From the IMG/VR virus record IMGVR_UViG_3300050196_000172, positions 1 through 31,778 of that record: a stretch of 31,778 bases of DNA; one strand, given 5' to 3'. Position numbers and translations under genes: made by a program. Position 1 is the first letter of the stretch. Every line of letters begins with the position of its first letter. Source of the DNA: a virus (taxonomy: Duplodnaviria > Caudoviricetes). Positions 7,403 through 16,266 of this stretch are shown here, piece after piece. The notes beneath the pieces were generated by a model. That model was not told the origin of the DNA. It was given only the letters and a program-made list of their open reading frames with translations, and ran no database searches.

Positions 7403-7734
7403 TGATCCAGCTCCTTTACAGATTCATCATGTTCTATGGTAAAAATATAGGCACCATTCATGACGGCTTCAACAAAATATTGCCCGCGCGTGATAAAAGT
7501 GCGATTTAATCGGTTGTAAATGATCCCTCTGGATAATAACCCGCACGTCCCAGCATCAATTTTTTGTTGCAGGATATCCCCAGCGACAGCAGCGTTCCCA
7601 CTGATTATTGAGGCATCTACCTGCATCATATCCTGTTCATTGTTGCAGAACATCTGTGGGCGAATGAGCTGTACAAAATTAGCCGAAGCTGCTCCACTAA
7701 ACAATAGGGCGGCAATAACCATTGATTTAAACAT
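7399..7734 (-). CDS. Secreted or periplasmic protein with a Sec signal peptide
   Basis: MFKSMVIAALLFSGAASA signal ending in an AxA site; two Cys in the mature part. Confidence 0.7.
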   Translation of the reverse strand: MFKSMVIAALLFSGAASANFVQLIRPQMFCNNEQDMMQVDASIISGNAAVAGDILQQKIDAGTCGLLSRGIIYNRLNRTFITRGQYFVEAVMNGAYIFTIEHDESVKELDQ

Positions 7735-7855
7735 GAGCGCGTCTCCCAGCACAAAACATCACCATCAAAAATCCTAATGACATTGGGGGAACGCCCATAA
7801 AAAGCGCTCCGCCGAATATCAACAGCATTACCAGTTGATCAGCATTAAATTTCAT
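7727..7855 (-). CDS. 42-aa membrane protein
   Basis: MKFNADQLVMLLIFGGALFMGVPPMSLGFLMVMFCAGRRAHV; hydrophobic hairpin. Confidence 0.55.
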   Translation of the reverse strand: MKFNADQLVMLLIFGGALFMGVPPMSLGFLMVMFCAGRRAHV

Positions 7856-8642
7856 TCTGAATAATCCCCCGAATTTTTCGGATGACATAAAGACAGCACA
7901 GCATTTCAGCATTCAATGCAGCCTCGGCGTTTTCTGGATCTTCCGGTTCTTCTGGAGCGATATGGTATTTGGCACCAGACAGGTATTGATATGGGTCAAT
8001 GGTCACAGTTGCCAGCTCAGAAAAGTTCATCTCGATTTTCACAACTTTCCGAACATTCAGTGGGTCATAAAAATCGGTCAGGTCTTCATTTTTGGTTTGT
8101 GTTTTGCCACCCTCATCCGATTCAAATTTAATCGAACCGGTCAATCGACTGTCATTCGATTTAACTACATTTTCAAACCAAGTCATCACGCGTTCAAAAT
8201 CATCCAGCTCTTTTTCTGAATCAATGGCAAGCGTGCCGAATTTATCACGCAGGAAATCAGTGACGCATTCAAAAACCTTGTTGCTTGATGGATCGAGATG
8301 GATAAGATAGTTTTTCTGATCCAGAATAACTGATACACAGTGTCGCGTTGGGAACGCGCGTTTCAGCAGTTCAGCGGTCACATCATCAGGATCTCGGTCT
8401 TCGTTTTTTGGATCGGCAAGGGCGGAATCAATGATGGATTTTTTCAGGTTTTTGAGATCAACCAGGATTTGGAAGAACGCTAAATCAGAAACTGGATCAG
8501 TGTAAATATGGCCGCTAAACCCAACAGAACTAAAGCTGTAGTCATCCATTTCTCGCTTTTTGTTATGAGCAATGATTTCAGGCAAATCATCCAGAGTCGG
8601 ATATTCATTTTTGTAACTCATTGTAATTATTTTTTTGAACAT
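7845..8642 (-). CDS. rdgC: Divergent recombination-associated protein RdgC
   Basis: Collinear with RdgC motifs as recalled: MFKK, SVGF, ELLKRAF (cf. SLLPRAF), LIHLDPSSNK...FLRDKFGTL (cf. LIMVDCASAK...LLRKSLGSL), EGG...KNEDLT, KVVKIEMNF. Confidence 0.8.
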   Translation of the reverse strand: MFKKIITMSYKNEYPTLDDLPEIIAHNKKREMDDYSFSSVGFSGHIYTDPVSDLAFFQILVDLKNLKKSIIDSALADPKNEDRDPDDVTAELLKRAFPTRHCVSVILDQKNYLIHLDPSSNKVFECVTDFLRDKFGTLAIDSEKELDDFERVMTWFENVVKSNDSRLTGSIKFESDEGGKTQTKNEDLTDFYDPLNVRKVVKIEMNFSELATVTIDPYQYLSGAKYHIAPEEPEDPENAEAALNAEMLCCLYVIRKIRGIIQNEI

Positions 8643-8887
8643 TTGTTAAATTCCTCTTTAGCCAATCGGTCACAGACTTTTTGCATTCTTCGGCACAGTT
8701 CATCGCAATATTGCGTTGGTACGAACTTGCCGCCTTTGATGTACTGATAACGCAGTTCTTTGAGCATCCGTTTCACGAATTTATCGTTCAGTATCTCCGT
8801 TTCAATCATGTCAGGATCAAGACTTGATGTCCCCATCATGATTTCGTCGGAATATTTGACGATCATCTTTTTTGTGTTTGCAATCAT
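8627..8887 (-). CDS. Hypothetical protein (86 aa)
   Basis: ATGA overlap with the upstream ORF; overlaps the rdgC start. Confidence 0.6.
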   Translation of the reverse strand: MIANTKKMIVKYSDEIMMGTSSLDPDMIETEILNDKFVKRMLKELRYQYIKGGKFVPTQYCDELCRRMQKVCDRLAKEEFNKCSKK

Positions 8888-9045
8888 ACGACATGTATCC
8901 AGTTTAATTTGTTGAGGGCGCTGGTGGTGCTTTCTTTGATTTTGCGATAAGTGTGTTCAAAATTACTTTTGCGGGGCATTCTGGAGATTGTCCAGCGGTC
9001 TTGTGCCATTGAAATGATATTCAGAGCTTGAGTTGGCTTGTCCAT
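8884..9045 (-). CDS. 53-aa hypothetical protein absent from the ORF track
   Basis: MDKPTQALNIISMAQDRWTISRMPRKSNFEHTYRKIKESTTSALNKLNWIHVV; GGAG RBS; TGA overlaps the next ATG. Confidence 0.6.
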   Translation of the reverse strand: MDKPTQALNIISMAQDRWTISRMPRKSNFEHTYRKIKESTTSALNKLNWIHVV

Positions 9046-9082
9046 TGATATAACTCCAGTTCATTTGATGAATTGAAGATAC

Positions 9083-9112
9083 AAAAAAGCCGCTGAGATA
9101 TCCAACGGCTTT
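9083..9112 (-). terminator. Rho-independent terminator after the lysis cassette
   Basis: Minus strand AAAGCCGTTG-loop-CAGCGGCTTTTTT. Confidence 0.8.
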
Positions 9113-9120
9113 ACAAGTCT

Positions 9121-9627
9121 TTACTTCCTGTCGTTTGTGATTACTTGCTGGCAGGCTGCGAGTTGTCTTGCGAGGTCGTCTGCTTCTCCGGCGAGTCTGA
9201 GAGCATCTGCTCCATGCGTTTCAGAAAAGTCGGTTCGCGCTTCACCATTACACTGGCTGGGGCAGGAGGAAGTACTGGGCAGGTTTGCGCCACTTGCGCG
9301 GGCTGCTGCGGCTTTTGACTGCTGCAAGCTGTCAGCAAGCTGAGCATTGCGAGCATTGAGACGATTGATAGCGTCCTGAGTTTCTGTTTTTCCATCGTTT
9401 AACCCTTCCTGATATTTTTGTTCGATAGTGGACTGATCGACTGCGGTTGTCTGTTCTTTTGCCCGAGCCTTCTGCGTTGTCTCCAGCGTGGCTTTGGCTT
9501 GAGCTGCCGCCAGTGCATTTGCCGCCGCTTCTGCTTTTGCTGCCGTGTATTCGTGGCCCAGATATACACCAACACAGACCAGTAACGCTATCAGCGCCTG
9601 TTTCCAGTATTCAGTAATGAAATCCAT
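9121..9627 (-). CDS. Inner-membrane spanin (Rz-like)
   Basis: N-terminal TM helix, Ala-rich coiled coil, A.EAD.....L.ACQ end; directly after the endolysin. Confidence 0.85.
   Translation of the reverse strand: MDFITEYWKQALIALLVCVGVYLGHEYTAAKAEAAANALAAAQAKATLETTQKARAKEQTTAVDQSTIEQKYQEGLNDGKTETQDAINRLNARNAQLADSLQQSKAAAARASGANLPSTSSCPSQCNGEARTDFSETHGADALRLAGEADDLARQLAACQQVITNDRK
9141..9395 (-). CDS. Outer-membrane spanin lipoprotein (Rz1-like), fully embedded in the i-spanin gene
   Basis: Lipobox LLTAC and Pro-rich CPVLPPAPAS; different frame inside the i-spanin; exact start uncertain. Confidence 0.85.
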   Translation of the reverse strand: MEKQKLRTLSIVSMLAMLSLLTACSSQKPQQPAQVAQTCPVLPPAPASVMVKREPTFLKRMEQMLSDSPEKQTTSQDNSQPASK

Positions 9628-9628
9628 G

Positions 9629-10162
9629 TTAGCACCCCAGTTGCAGCTTTAAACGCTGCCAGATTGCAGCGCGGTCGGTATAACCATTCAGGCCGCCATT
9701 AATGCGTTTCGTGATCAACTCAAATGCTCCGGCATCCGCCAGCGAATTCAGTTTACGTTTATCCCAGAACCAGCCAGCCGATAGCGCAGCGTACTCCGGT
9801 TGCTCAAGAAGTTCGGGATGATTCACGCAATCGATCTGCAAGTCTTTCGCAAGCGCTGTGTAATTCGCGCGGCCCGTGATTTGAATCAATCCCCGCCCCA
9901 TAAATCTCTTTCCATCGCCGGTGTGCGTATTGCCCAAATCAGATCGGCCTTCGTAACCAGATTGCGCCGCTGTCGGCCCCCAGATCTCGCGCACATACCG
10001 GAAATTTCCGGATTCATGCGCGATTTGAGCAATAAACGCCGCCTGTCTTGACGCAGTATTGATTGAGTACTTATCGCAAACATCGTTGATCGCATCAACG
10101 AATTTCAGTGCGTTTGCATTGCCTGGAAATACTGCTTTGATTAAATCCGTAGTTATTCGCAT
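9629..10162 (-). CDS. Endolysin, glycoside hydrolase family 19
   Basis: AAFIAQIAHESG, LGNT..GDG.RF.GRGLIQITGRANY, ITKRINGGLNG motifs. Confidence 0.95.
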   Translation of the reverse strand: MRITTDLIKAVFPGNANALKFVDAINDVCDKYSINTASRQAAFIAQIAHESGNFRYVREIWGPTAAQSGYEGRSDLGNTHTGDGKRFMGRGLIQITGRANYTALAKDLQIDCVNHPELLEQPEYAALSAGWFWDKRKLNSLADAGAFELITKRINGGLNGYTDRAAIWQRLKLQLGC

Positions 10163-10163
10163 G

Positions 10164-10370
10164 TTATTTACCTAATTTAGCACCAATGCCGAGGCCACCA
10201 AGCAGCCCTCCGGATGCCATGCCATACCCCTGAAAATCAAATGGGTGCTGCATGATCACCGAATAGATTTCCAGACCCAAACCAATGACAATGATTATGC
10301 AAGCCCAGAAATACGCGGGCTCCAGCGTGATATTGTCATCACCCGTCAACAACTCTGCCAGCTTCTTCAT
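10164..10370 (-). CDS. Putative holin (2 TM segments)
   Basis: 68 aa with two hydrophobic segments, immediately upstream of the endolysin. Confidence 0.7.
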   Translation of the reverse strand: MKKLAELLTGDDNITLEPAYFWACIIIVIGLGLEIYSVIMQHPFDFQGYGMASGGLLGGLGIGAKLGK

Positions 10371-10855
10371 TTCGCTGCCTCTCCTGTTGCCTCTGAAATT
10401 GATTGATGCACTACTTCCTTGCTAAATCCATTCACAATCGAGTGCATTATAAAAGCCAATATCGTCACTGCGAGCATGACTGCAATGGCCTTTTTAATGG
10501 TCGATGATAACTGCTTTTTTTCGATATGCTCTTGCTTTAATTCGTGCAGAAAATCCATGTATCCGCGCGTTCGCATTGGATCGCTTGGGTCTAACCCCAT
10601 GGACATCAGCAGGCGCGATGCATACTCGTTATTTTCAAGCTGGCGGCGGATTTCCTTGATGTCGTCCGATTGACCTTCTGTTTTATGAAAAAGATCAGAC
10701 AGCTGTGCGGCATGTTCCGAGTGTGCTTGCGTCAATTCCTTGACGTTCTCGGCGAGAGACTTTACAGCCTCAGTATTGGCACTGAGACCAGCGATTAGCT
10801 GGCCAAGTAAGATATCATTTTTGCTGTTATCTGTGTCCATGTTTAAAATCGGCAT
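10367..10855 (-). CDS. Lysis-cassette membrane protein (coiled coil plus one C-terminal TM); holin or antiholin candidate
   Basis: Soluble helical N-terminus and TM AIAVMLAVTILAFIMHSIV; ATGA-coupled to the holin; alternative start at Met6. Confidence 0.6.
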   Translation of the reverse strand: MPILNMDTDNSKNDILLGQLIAGLSANTEAVKSLAENVKELTQAHSEHAAQLSDLFHKTEGQSDDIKEIRRQLENNEYASRLLMSMGLDPSDPMRTRGYMDFLHELKQEHIEKKQLSSTIKKAIAVMLAVTILAFIMHSIVNGFSKEVVHQSISEATGEAAK

Positions 10856-10887
10856 TGGTTTGATCCATTAGCCGATTTTCTCATATT

Positions 10888-11724
10888 TTAAGAATTACCG
10901 CCAATTATCGAAATCCCTGTCATATATGCGCGAAACGATGCTGATGTGTTCGTGGGGTTTGCTTGTGGATTTAATAATAGATTGGCTAAGCCATCTGTAG
11001 CAAAAACACCTGAGTTTGAATAACTCCATGTACCACCGATAAATGTATTCCCAACTGACTCGGAATTGAAAATTCTTAGGCAGCAAAATACATTTTCTAT
11101 ATCTGGCGCATTAAACACATTCCCTGTGTTATATCCATCTTTCATCCCAATACCAATACCACCAATAGCACTAAAGGAACCTTCAAAAACATTGAATCCA
11201 GATTGTCTACATACCAATGCCGTTCCGGATCCAGCTATATTAGCAATCAGTCTAAGCTTCCCGCCAACTACATAATTTAATCGAACGGCCTCAGCGAGTG
11301 CTGATGTTGAGAAATTCTGAACTTGTATGTTGATTTCTGGTGCGTTAACTGGATCTGAAAAATCATCATTCCCAAATACAACGGCCGGGCCTGCATAATT
11401 TGTCAAAAATCCAATATCTTCCATTTTTAAGAAAAAGTTATCACCTTTCCCATCAGGAGACCACAAACTTGAACATGTCACTTTGAATGGCACTTCTGTT
11501 GTGATATCTGTTAAATCAATTTTAGATCTTGCTACGGTATCACCAAAAAATTTAACACCAAGAGTTGGTTCTGATGCCAAATCAATGGTAAGTGGAGAGT
11601 CTGCTTTCCACTCGCCTTTAGGTAAATATGCTGGAGTACCAGTCAATCCAGCCGCAATCCATGACTCAAGTTTTGTTGTTACATCACCATCAAAATCATT
11701 TGGCGTGACAAAATAATCAGACAT
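10888..11724 (-). CDS. Right-handed beta-helix (pectate-lyase-like) protein, putative depolymerase or receptor-binding protein
   Basis: Start MSDYFV at 11724 after GAGG; F.GD.T..L...I.A...AYLPKG.W N-cap; Asn/Gly-rich repeated strands (GNVF, GNTFIGG). Confidence 0.7.
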   Translation of the reverse strand: MSDYFVTPNDFDGDVTTKLESWIAAGLTGTPAYLPKGEWKADSPLTIDLASEPTLGVKFFGDTVARSKIDLTDITTEVPFKVTCSSLWSPDGKGDNFFLKMEDIGFLTNYAGPAVVFGNDDFSDPVNAPEINIQVQNFSTSALAEAVRLNYVVGGKLRLIANIAGSGTALVCRQSGFNVFEGSFSAIGGIGIGMKDGYNTGNVFNAPDIENVFCCLRIFNSESVGNTFIGGTWSYSNSGVFATDGLANLLLNPQANPTNTSASFRAYMTGISIIGGNS

Positions 11725-11899
11725 TGGTTGTTTCCTCTGGGGCGGTGAATGTTTCGTTAGAATACAAATACCCAAGATCTACAAATACTGAATCTGAAAT
11801 TAAAACTGGATCGCCAGATACTGGTGACCATTCAGCCTTACCATCCCACATCACAATATTTATAACGACACCATTTTCAACAATTGCATATTTGCTCAT
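11717..11899 (-). CDS. Tail fibre assembly/chaperone-like protein
   Basis: YAIVENGVVINIVMWDG..EW.P...G..Y....FTAP pattern typical of genes following Gly-rich fibres. Confidence 0.75.
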   Translation of the reverse strand: MSKYAIVENGVVINIVMWDGKAEWSPVSGDPVLISDSVFVDLGYLYSNETFTAPEETTNV

Positions 11900-11904
11900 G
11901 ATGA

Positions 11905-13284
11905 TCACCATTCAATAATGACAACGCCGGGCATACCAGCACCACCAGTTGATCCAGCCGCAGTAACGCCCTGAGTTACGCCGCCGCCGCCGCCGCCGCC
12001 TGAGCCATAGCCATAGCCATCTCGGCCCGCGATAGCTGTGCCACCGTATCCCTTACCGTTAGAACCGCCGCCACCAAATGGACCGCTCGCGCCCCAACCG
12101 CCGCCACCTGTTCCCGCAGCAGAGCTGGAATCTGTCCCGTATCCGCCGTAAGGATACCCTGACCCCCCGATCCCGCCGTTTGACGTCGCACCAGCTGCAC
12201 CACCTGGCTGACCGCCACCACCACCAGCCAAAGTGATCAAGGAACCAATAATGGTACTACCGCCAGCACTACCAGCCGTCCCAATAGCCCCGCCAGCCCC
12301 GCCAGCCCCAATGGTTATCGCAATTACCTGACCGGGGGTAACTGTATACGCAGCGCGCTGAATGCTTTGACCATATCCACCGCCACCGCCGCCACCAGAA
12401 TTATTGGCTGATGTGGTAAATGTACCACCACCGCCAGATCCACCAGCGCAACCAGATGCATAAATGGTTGTCACTCCAGCAGGCACAGTAAATGATCCGC
12501 TTGATGTGAATTTCTGGATCCCCTTTTGCGTATATAACTGGCTAAGTGCCACTGCCTGATTTGCTGCTGTAGCAGCGGCCACAAAAAGTTGAGTTTGAGA
12601 ATTTCCAGCTGTTGTGGAAATGTTAGTGCCATCACCGTAAATGATAGCTGATTGACTCCCACTGTAAATTGACACACCAGTCCCAGTCGATGTTTTGCAT
12701 GTCACCGTGAATGCGCCAGTGCAGTTGTTGATTACAAGCCAGCGCTTTGTCCATGTCGGAAAAATCAGATTCAGATTCGCCGTCAGCACACCAGACAGGA
12801 TGATAATTTCCTTCGCAGCTTGAGTCTGTGTGAGCGTGACATTGGAACTGGTCATGGTGACAGCTGTGTAGCCATACTGCGAATCTGGCACCCAGCCAGA
12901 TCCTGTAGATGGGTCTGCGGTGTTGCCGTCAACCTGATTCAACCAGTATCCATCGCCTGCCGCGTTCAGCACTCGCGCCCCAAGTGGGTATCCGCTGGAA
13001 TCTGTAGCAAATGTTGAGTCGTACTGGTACGCGCCACCCAGCATGTGCCAGCGCACGCCCTTGGATAAGTCAAGGAAGATACCATTAAAGTCCTTGCCAT
13101 CCGGCGGAACACCGCCGGCGGCTTTCTGGATCATAGTTAATGGCGGAAATCCGTCATTGTATGATGCTGCGCCATCTGTAGTGCCAATCTGTGATGCATC
13201 TGGGATCGTGTTGATATAACTCGCTCCGGCATTCCCAGCAAATGGGATCGCGCGGAGCGTTGGGTGATTCGATAGTGTTGGCAT
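11905..13284 (-). CDS. Tail fibre protein with a C-terminal glycine-rich domain
   Basis: N-terminal ASYNDGFPPLTM...AGGVPPDGKDFNGI baseplate anchor; FTSSGSFTVPAGVT...GGGGGG...GVVIIEW Gly-rich domain. Confidence 0.92.
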   Translation of the reverse strand: MPTLSNHPTLRAIPFAGNAGASYINTIPDASQIGTTDGAASYNDGFPPLTMIQKAAGGVPPDGKDFNGIFLDLSKGVRWHMLGGAYQYDSTFATDSSGYPLGARVLNAAGDGYWLNQVDGNTADPSTGSGWVPDSQYGYTAVTMTSSNVTLTQTQAAKEIIILSGVLTANLNLIFPTWTKRWLVINNCTGAFTVTCKTSTGTGVSIYSGSQSAIIYGDGTNISTTAGNSQTQLFVAAATAANQAVALSQLYTQKGIQKFTSSGSFTVPAGVTTIYASGCAGGSGGGGTFTTSANNSGGGGGGGYGQSIQRAAYTVTPGQVIAITIGAGGAGGAIGTAGSAGGSTIIGSLITLAGGGGGQPGGAAGATSNGGIGGSGYPYGGYGTDSSSAAGTGGGGWGASGPFGGGGSNGKGYGGTAIAGRDGYGYGSGGGGGGGVTQGVTAAGSTGGAGMPGVVIIEW

Positions 13285-13944
13285 TTATTGCACCTGCTCA
13301 ATCAGATTTCGTGTGAAAAATACGCCTTGTCCGAATGGTTCGTATTCATTACCCGGTGTTTGAAAACCGAAATTATCTACTGATGGTAACACATAACACT
13401 TTACCCCAGAAGGGCGCGGAAATGCCCCTGATGACGTGATGATCGCCAGCTCGTAATTCTCCAGCGCAAACTCAAAAACAAAATGCATACGCATATCACC
13501 ATCATCCATGACATAACACCGGCCACGGCCTGAAAATAGGTTTGTGAGAAGTGTATTAATTGTACCGCTGGTTGCTCGGCTGATATTCGTAAGCGCTTTC
13601 ACCATAATCAGAGTCCTGAATGCATCATCACTAAGACGATATGATGTAGTTGCTTCGTCCCCAGCAAAAAAAACGGCTTGGCCGAATGGCTGCCAGTCGC
13701 TCGCTGAGTTTTTAAAACCGAAATAATCCGGCGTGGTTTCAATTGTTAGGATCCTAGATACATTCACGATCTGCCCCCAAACATCGAGACCGTAACTGTT
13801 CGCCGTGTTTACATTCCAAATCAATTTCAGGAATGCTTCAATGTCTTTTGTAGGATCGATACACGCATTAAAGTTTTGGATCATCTTCACCAAGATCGGG
13901 CTGTTTTGATATTGTGAAATTATTGTTTTTTCGACATCAATCAT
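13285..13944 (-). CDS. Baseplate wedge protein (DUF2612-like)
   Basis: ISQYQNSP, WNVNTA..YGLDVWG.IV, LSDDAFR, PRPSGV motifs; lies between baseplate J and the fibre. Confidence 0.88.
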   Translation of the reverse strand: MIDVEKTIISQYQNSPILVKMIQNFNACIDPTKDIEAFLKLIWNVNTANSYGLDVWGQIVNVSRILTIETTPDYFGFKNSASDWQPFGQAVFFAGDEATTSYRLSDDAFRTLIMVKALTNISRATSGTINTLLTNLFSGRGRCYVMDDGDMRMHFVFEFALENYELAIITSSGAFPRPSGVKCYVLPSVDNFGFQTPGNEYEPFGQGVFFTRNLIEQVQ

Positions 13945-15191
13945 AACAGTACCACCGAAATATTTGACGTATCTAACGTTGGAGTTTGATCGACACCAAT
14001 TGTGACCGTTGTCGTTGTTGGGGCGGAAGCAGTGCCGACATACATCGACGTTATCACCACATTGTCATCCAGCGCCTTGACCCCTTCGTAATAACGGGAC
14101 GTATCGATCTGCTTGCCTATGCGCTCACGGTTGCCGCCGTCAGAGCCATTAAACGCTGATACTATCGCTGTTTTGACTTGTGTGATGATGTCGGACGGCA
14201 AGCTTGAGTTTGCTTGCAGCGTGACAGCAAAATACACAGCGGTGCTTGTCGGGATGTTATATTTTATCGTGTATTGCGGATACGGATAATCGTAACTTGT
14301 GTCATAGATGATCGTGGATGTGTTGCCGGTTGTGTTGCAGCCTGGTGCTTTTTTTGTATAAATCGCGTCAGCAATATCACTGGCTGTACCACCGGCAACG
14401 GCAACATAAAGACAGTTTTTTGGAATGCTGTAGTTTGTTGAACCGAGCGTGACTGCATTTGGCTCACTATTGTCATAGACATAACAATCAGTGACTTCAG
14501 TGATGCTCATAACTGCTGCTTTTACCGCTGCGTTATATCCTGTTGCGTTGATTGCTACCGAGTTTTTGCGGCGATACTCGAAGTCCTGCTGGGTTTCCTC
14601 ATCAGTGCCAAGCGTTCCGGCTGCGGGATTGGTGATGGTATCCCAACCGGTGATTTGCTGAGAGATGATGGTGAGCGTCCCCACTGCGCATGCAATTGGG
14701 CCGGTTTCCTCATTCTGAAATTGGACGGTTGCCGTCCCTGTCGCCCCAATTGTTACAGCTGCTGTTGACGTGTAAGTGTATCCATTCGTATCTTGCGCTT
14801 CGGTTCCAACGGGGATCACCGTCCCATTTACGCCGACCACAGTGCAGGTCACTGATGTCGCCGTGGCCGCCTTGCGAGTCATGTAGTAGATATACCCTAT
14901 GGCATCCTGAAATGTGCCTTCCGCTTTTTTTGGATTTACCTGATTGCAGACATACAGCATGGAATCGTTTTTATCGCCGACGATCGCGGCCATGCTGCTG
15001 GCCAGCTGACCCTGTGGTGTCTGCAAATCTTCTGTCAGAGTCGTTCCGGTCAGTACTGTCCCAAAAGCGGACTGGATATCTGCGAAAACTCCAGTCAGGA
15101 TCGCGTCTTCGGTCGGTGCTGTAACCCCCGAATCATCGAATGTCAGACCGGTGACGTTTGTTGTTGGCTGAATTGTGGTTGTTAGTGTCAC
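13941..15191 (-). CDS. Baseplate J/gp47-like wedge protein
   Basis: TPQGQL, A.GTFQDAIG...R..AT, G.D.ETQ.DFE.RR motifs. Confidence 0.92.
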   Translation of the reverse strand: MTLTTTIQPTTNVTGLTFDDSGVTAPTEDAILTGVFADIQSAFGTVLTGTTLTEDLQTPQGQLASSMAAIVGDKNDSMLYVCNQVNPKKAEGTFQDAIGYIYYMTRKAATATSVTCTVVGVNGTVIPVGTEAQDTNGYTYTSTAAVTIGATGTATVQFQNEETGPIACAVGTLTIISQQITGWDTITNPAAGTLGTDEETQQDFEYRRKNSVAINATGYNAAVKAAVMSITEVTDCYVYDNSEPNAVTLGSTNYSIPKNCLYVAVAGGTASDIADAIYTKKAPGCNTTGNTSTIIYDTSYDYPYPQYTIKYNIPTSTAVYFAVTLQANSSLPSDIITQVKTAIVSAFNGSDGGNRERIGKQIDTSRYYEGVKALDDNVVITSMYVGTASAPTTTTVTIGVDQTPTLDTSNISVVLL

Positions 15192-15541
15192 AGTGAAATC
15201 CCCGCTTCTTCGCCGTCTTCATTGATAAATGTCAATTGCCCCAAGATCTTGCGCAGTGAGTACGTATTGATCGTGCATTTCGCATCAACCACGCCAGACA
15301 CGGCAAGTGCCTCATCGGTGTAATACTGCTTGAGCACATTGATCGGTGGAAAATGACCGAGGATGTTTTCCCAGTATTTTATCCCTTGCGTATTATCATA
15401 CCAGCATTCACCGTAAAATGTCCGGCATCGGCACGCTACATCCTGCGCCTGAGATTCCGGATTTGATAGCGTGGCAATATTTCCGGAATCGTCAACCGTC
15501 AAATCCCACGTTGTCCAGTCAAGTGCTACTGTTGCGCTCAT
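15188..15541 (-). CDS. Baseplate protein (gp46/gp25-like sheath initiator)
   Basis: WDL..D.SGNIA, AQDVAC.CRTF.GECWYD..QGI motif; synteny. Confidence 0.8.
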   Translation of the reverse strand: MSATVALDWTTWDLTVDDSGNIATLSNPESQAQDVACRCRTFYGECWYDNTQGIKYWENILGHFPPINVLKQYYTDEALAVSGVVDAKCTINTYSLRKILGQLTFINEDGEEAGISL

Positions 15542-16266
15542 TAATTCGGTGCTCCCGTGCTGCCAGAACCGGTTTCTACGCCGCTATGGGTATGGGTATG
15601 CAATGCCGTACCAGTGGCTGTGACTTCACCAGTGGCTGTGATTGATCCGCCAAATGTGGCATTGCCGCCATAGCTTCCAGAACCCTGAGACATTGGGCCA
15701 TTCATCGTAATTGCTGGTGATGACAGAACCGTTGATGATGTCCCGTTGATCTCCACATTGGGCGCGCTCAGTGTGATTTTGGTCGGTGAATGCATCGTGA
15801 TTCCAGATGATGAAAACTGGATGTATTGCGTTGGCACACCATTGAGCATCCCGCCAAAATATAGCCCATCGGAAAAACTGTATGATCGAGGAGTGGATGG
15901 GTTCGCTTCTTTTTTCGTGTTTTTTACGCCAGAAATATCCCGACTGCAAAAACCGCACATGCCGATATCACCAACCTGAGGATCGAGAATGATTGCGTTC
16001 GATCCGCCCTGTAACCGGAAATACGGGATGTTATGGATGATGTTGTGGGAATGCCCATTGCCGCTTCCGTCCATCATCCGCACCAACACGCGCACATCTA
16101 CAAAGCCGACAGCGCTCAATCCGCCAGAATTGGTGACGGATACAACCTCGACCAGATCAATAGTGCGTATTTTCTTGATCATCTGCTGGATGACAAAAAT
16201 GTTTGCGTTGTACTCGCTGGCATATGAAGCAAGAGAGTCGCTACCGAACTCAAGATTTTCCGACAA
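15541..16266 (-). CDS. Baseplate central spike (gp138/gpV-like)
   Basis: IPYFRLQGG...DPQVGDIG...F..RDIS OB-fold; beta repeats; C-terminal HTHTH metal-binding apex. Confidence 0.9.
   Translation of the reverse strand: MSENLEFGSDSLASYASEYNANIFVIQQMIKKIRTIDLVEVVSVTNSGGLSAVGFVDVRVLVRMMDGSGNGHSHNIIHNIPYFRLQGGSNAIILDPQVGDIGMCGFCSRDISGVKNTKKEANPSTPRSYSFSDGLYFGGMLNGVPTQYIQFSSSGITMHSPTKITLSAPNVEINGTSSTVLSSPAITMNGPMSQGSGSYGGNATFGGSITATGEVTATGTALHTHTHSGVETGSGSTGAPN

Noticed and set aside
11905-12500. Gly-rich fibre tip as collagen or a DGR target
   Set aside because: It has poly-Gly runs rather than Gly-X-Y triplets, and I saw no reverse transcriptase or TR/VR pair in the window.
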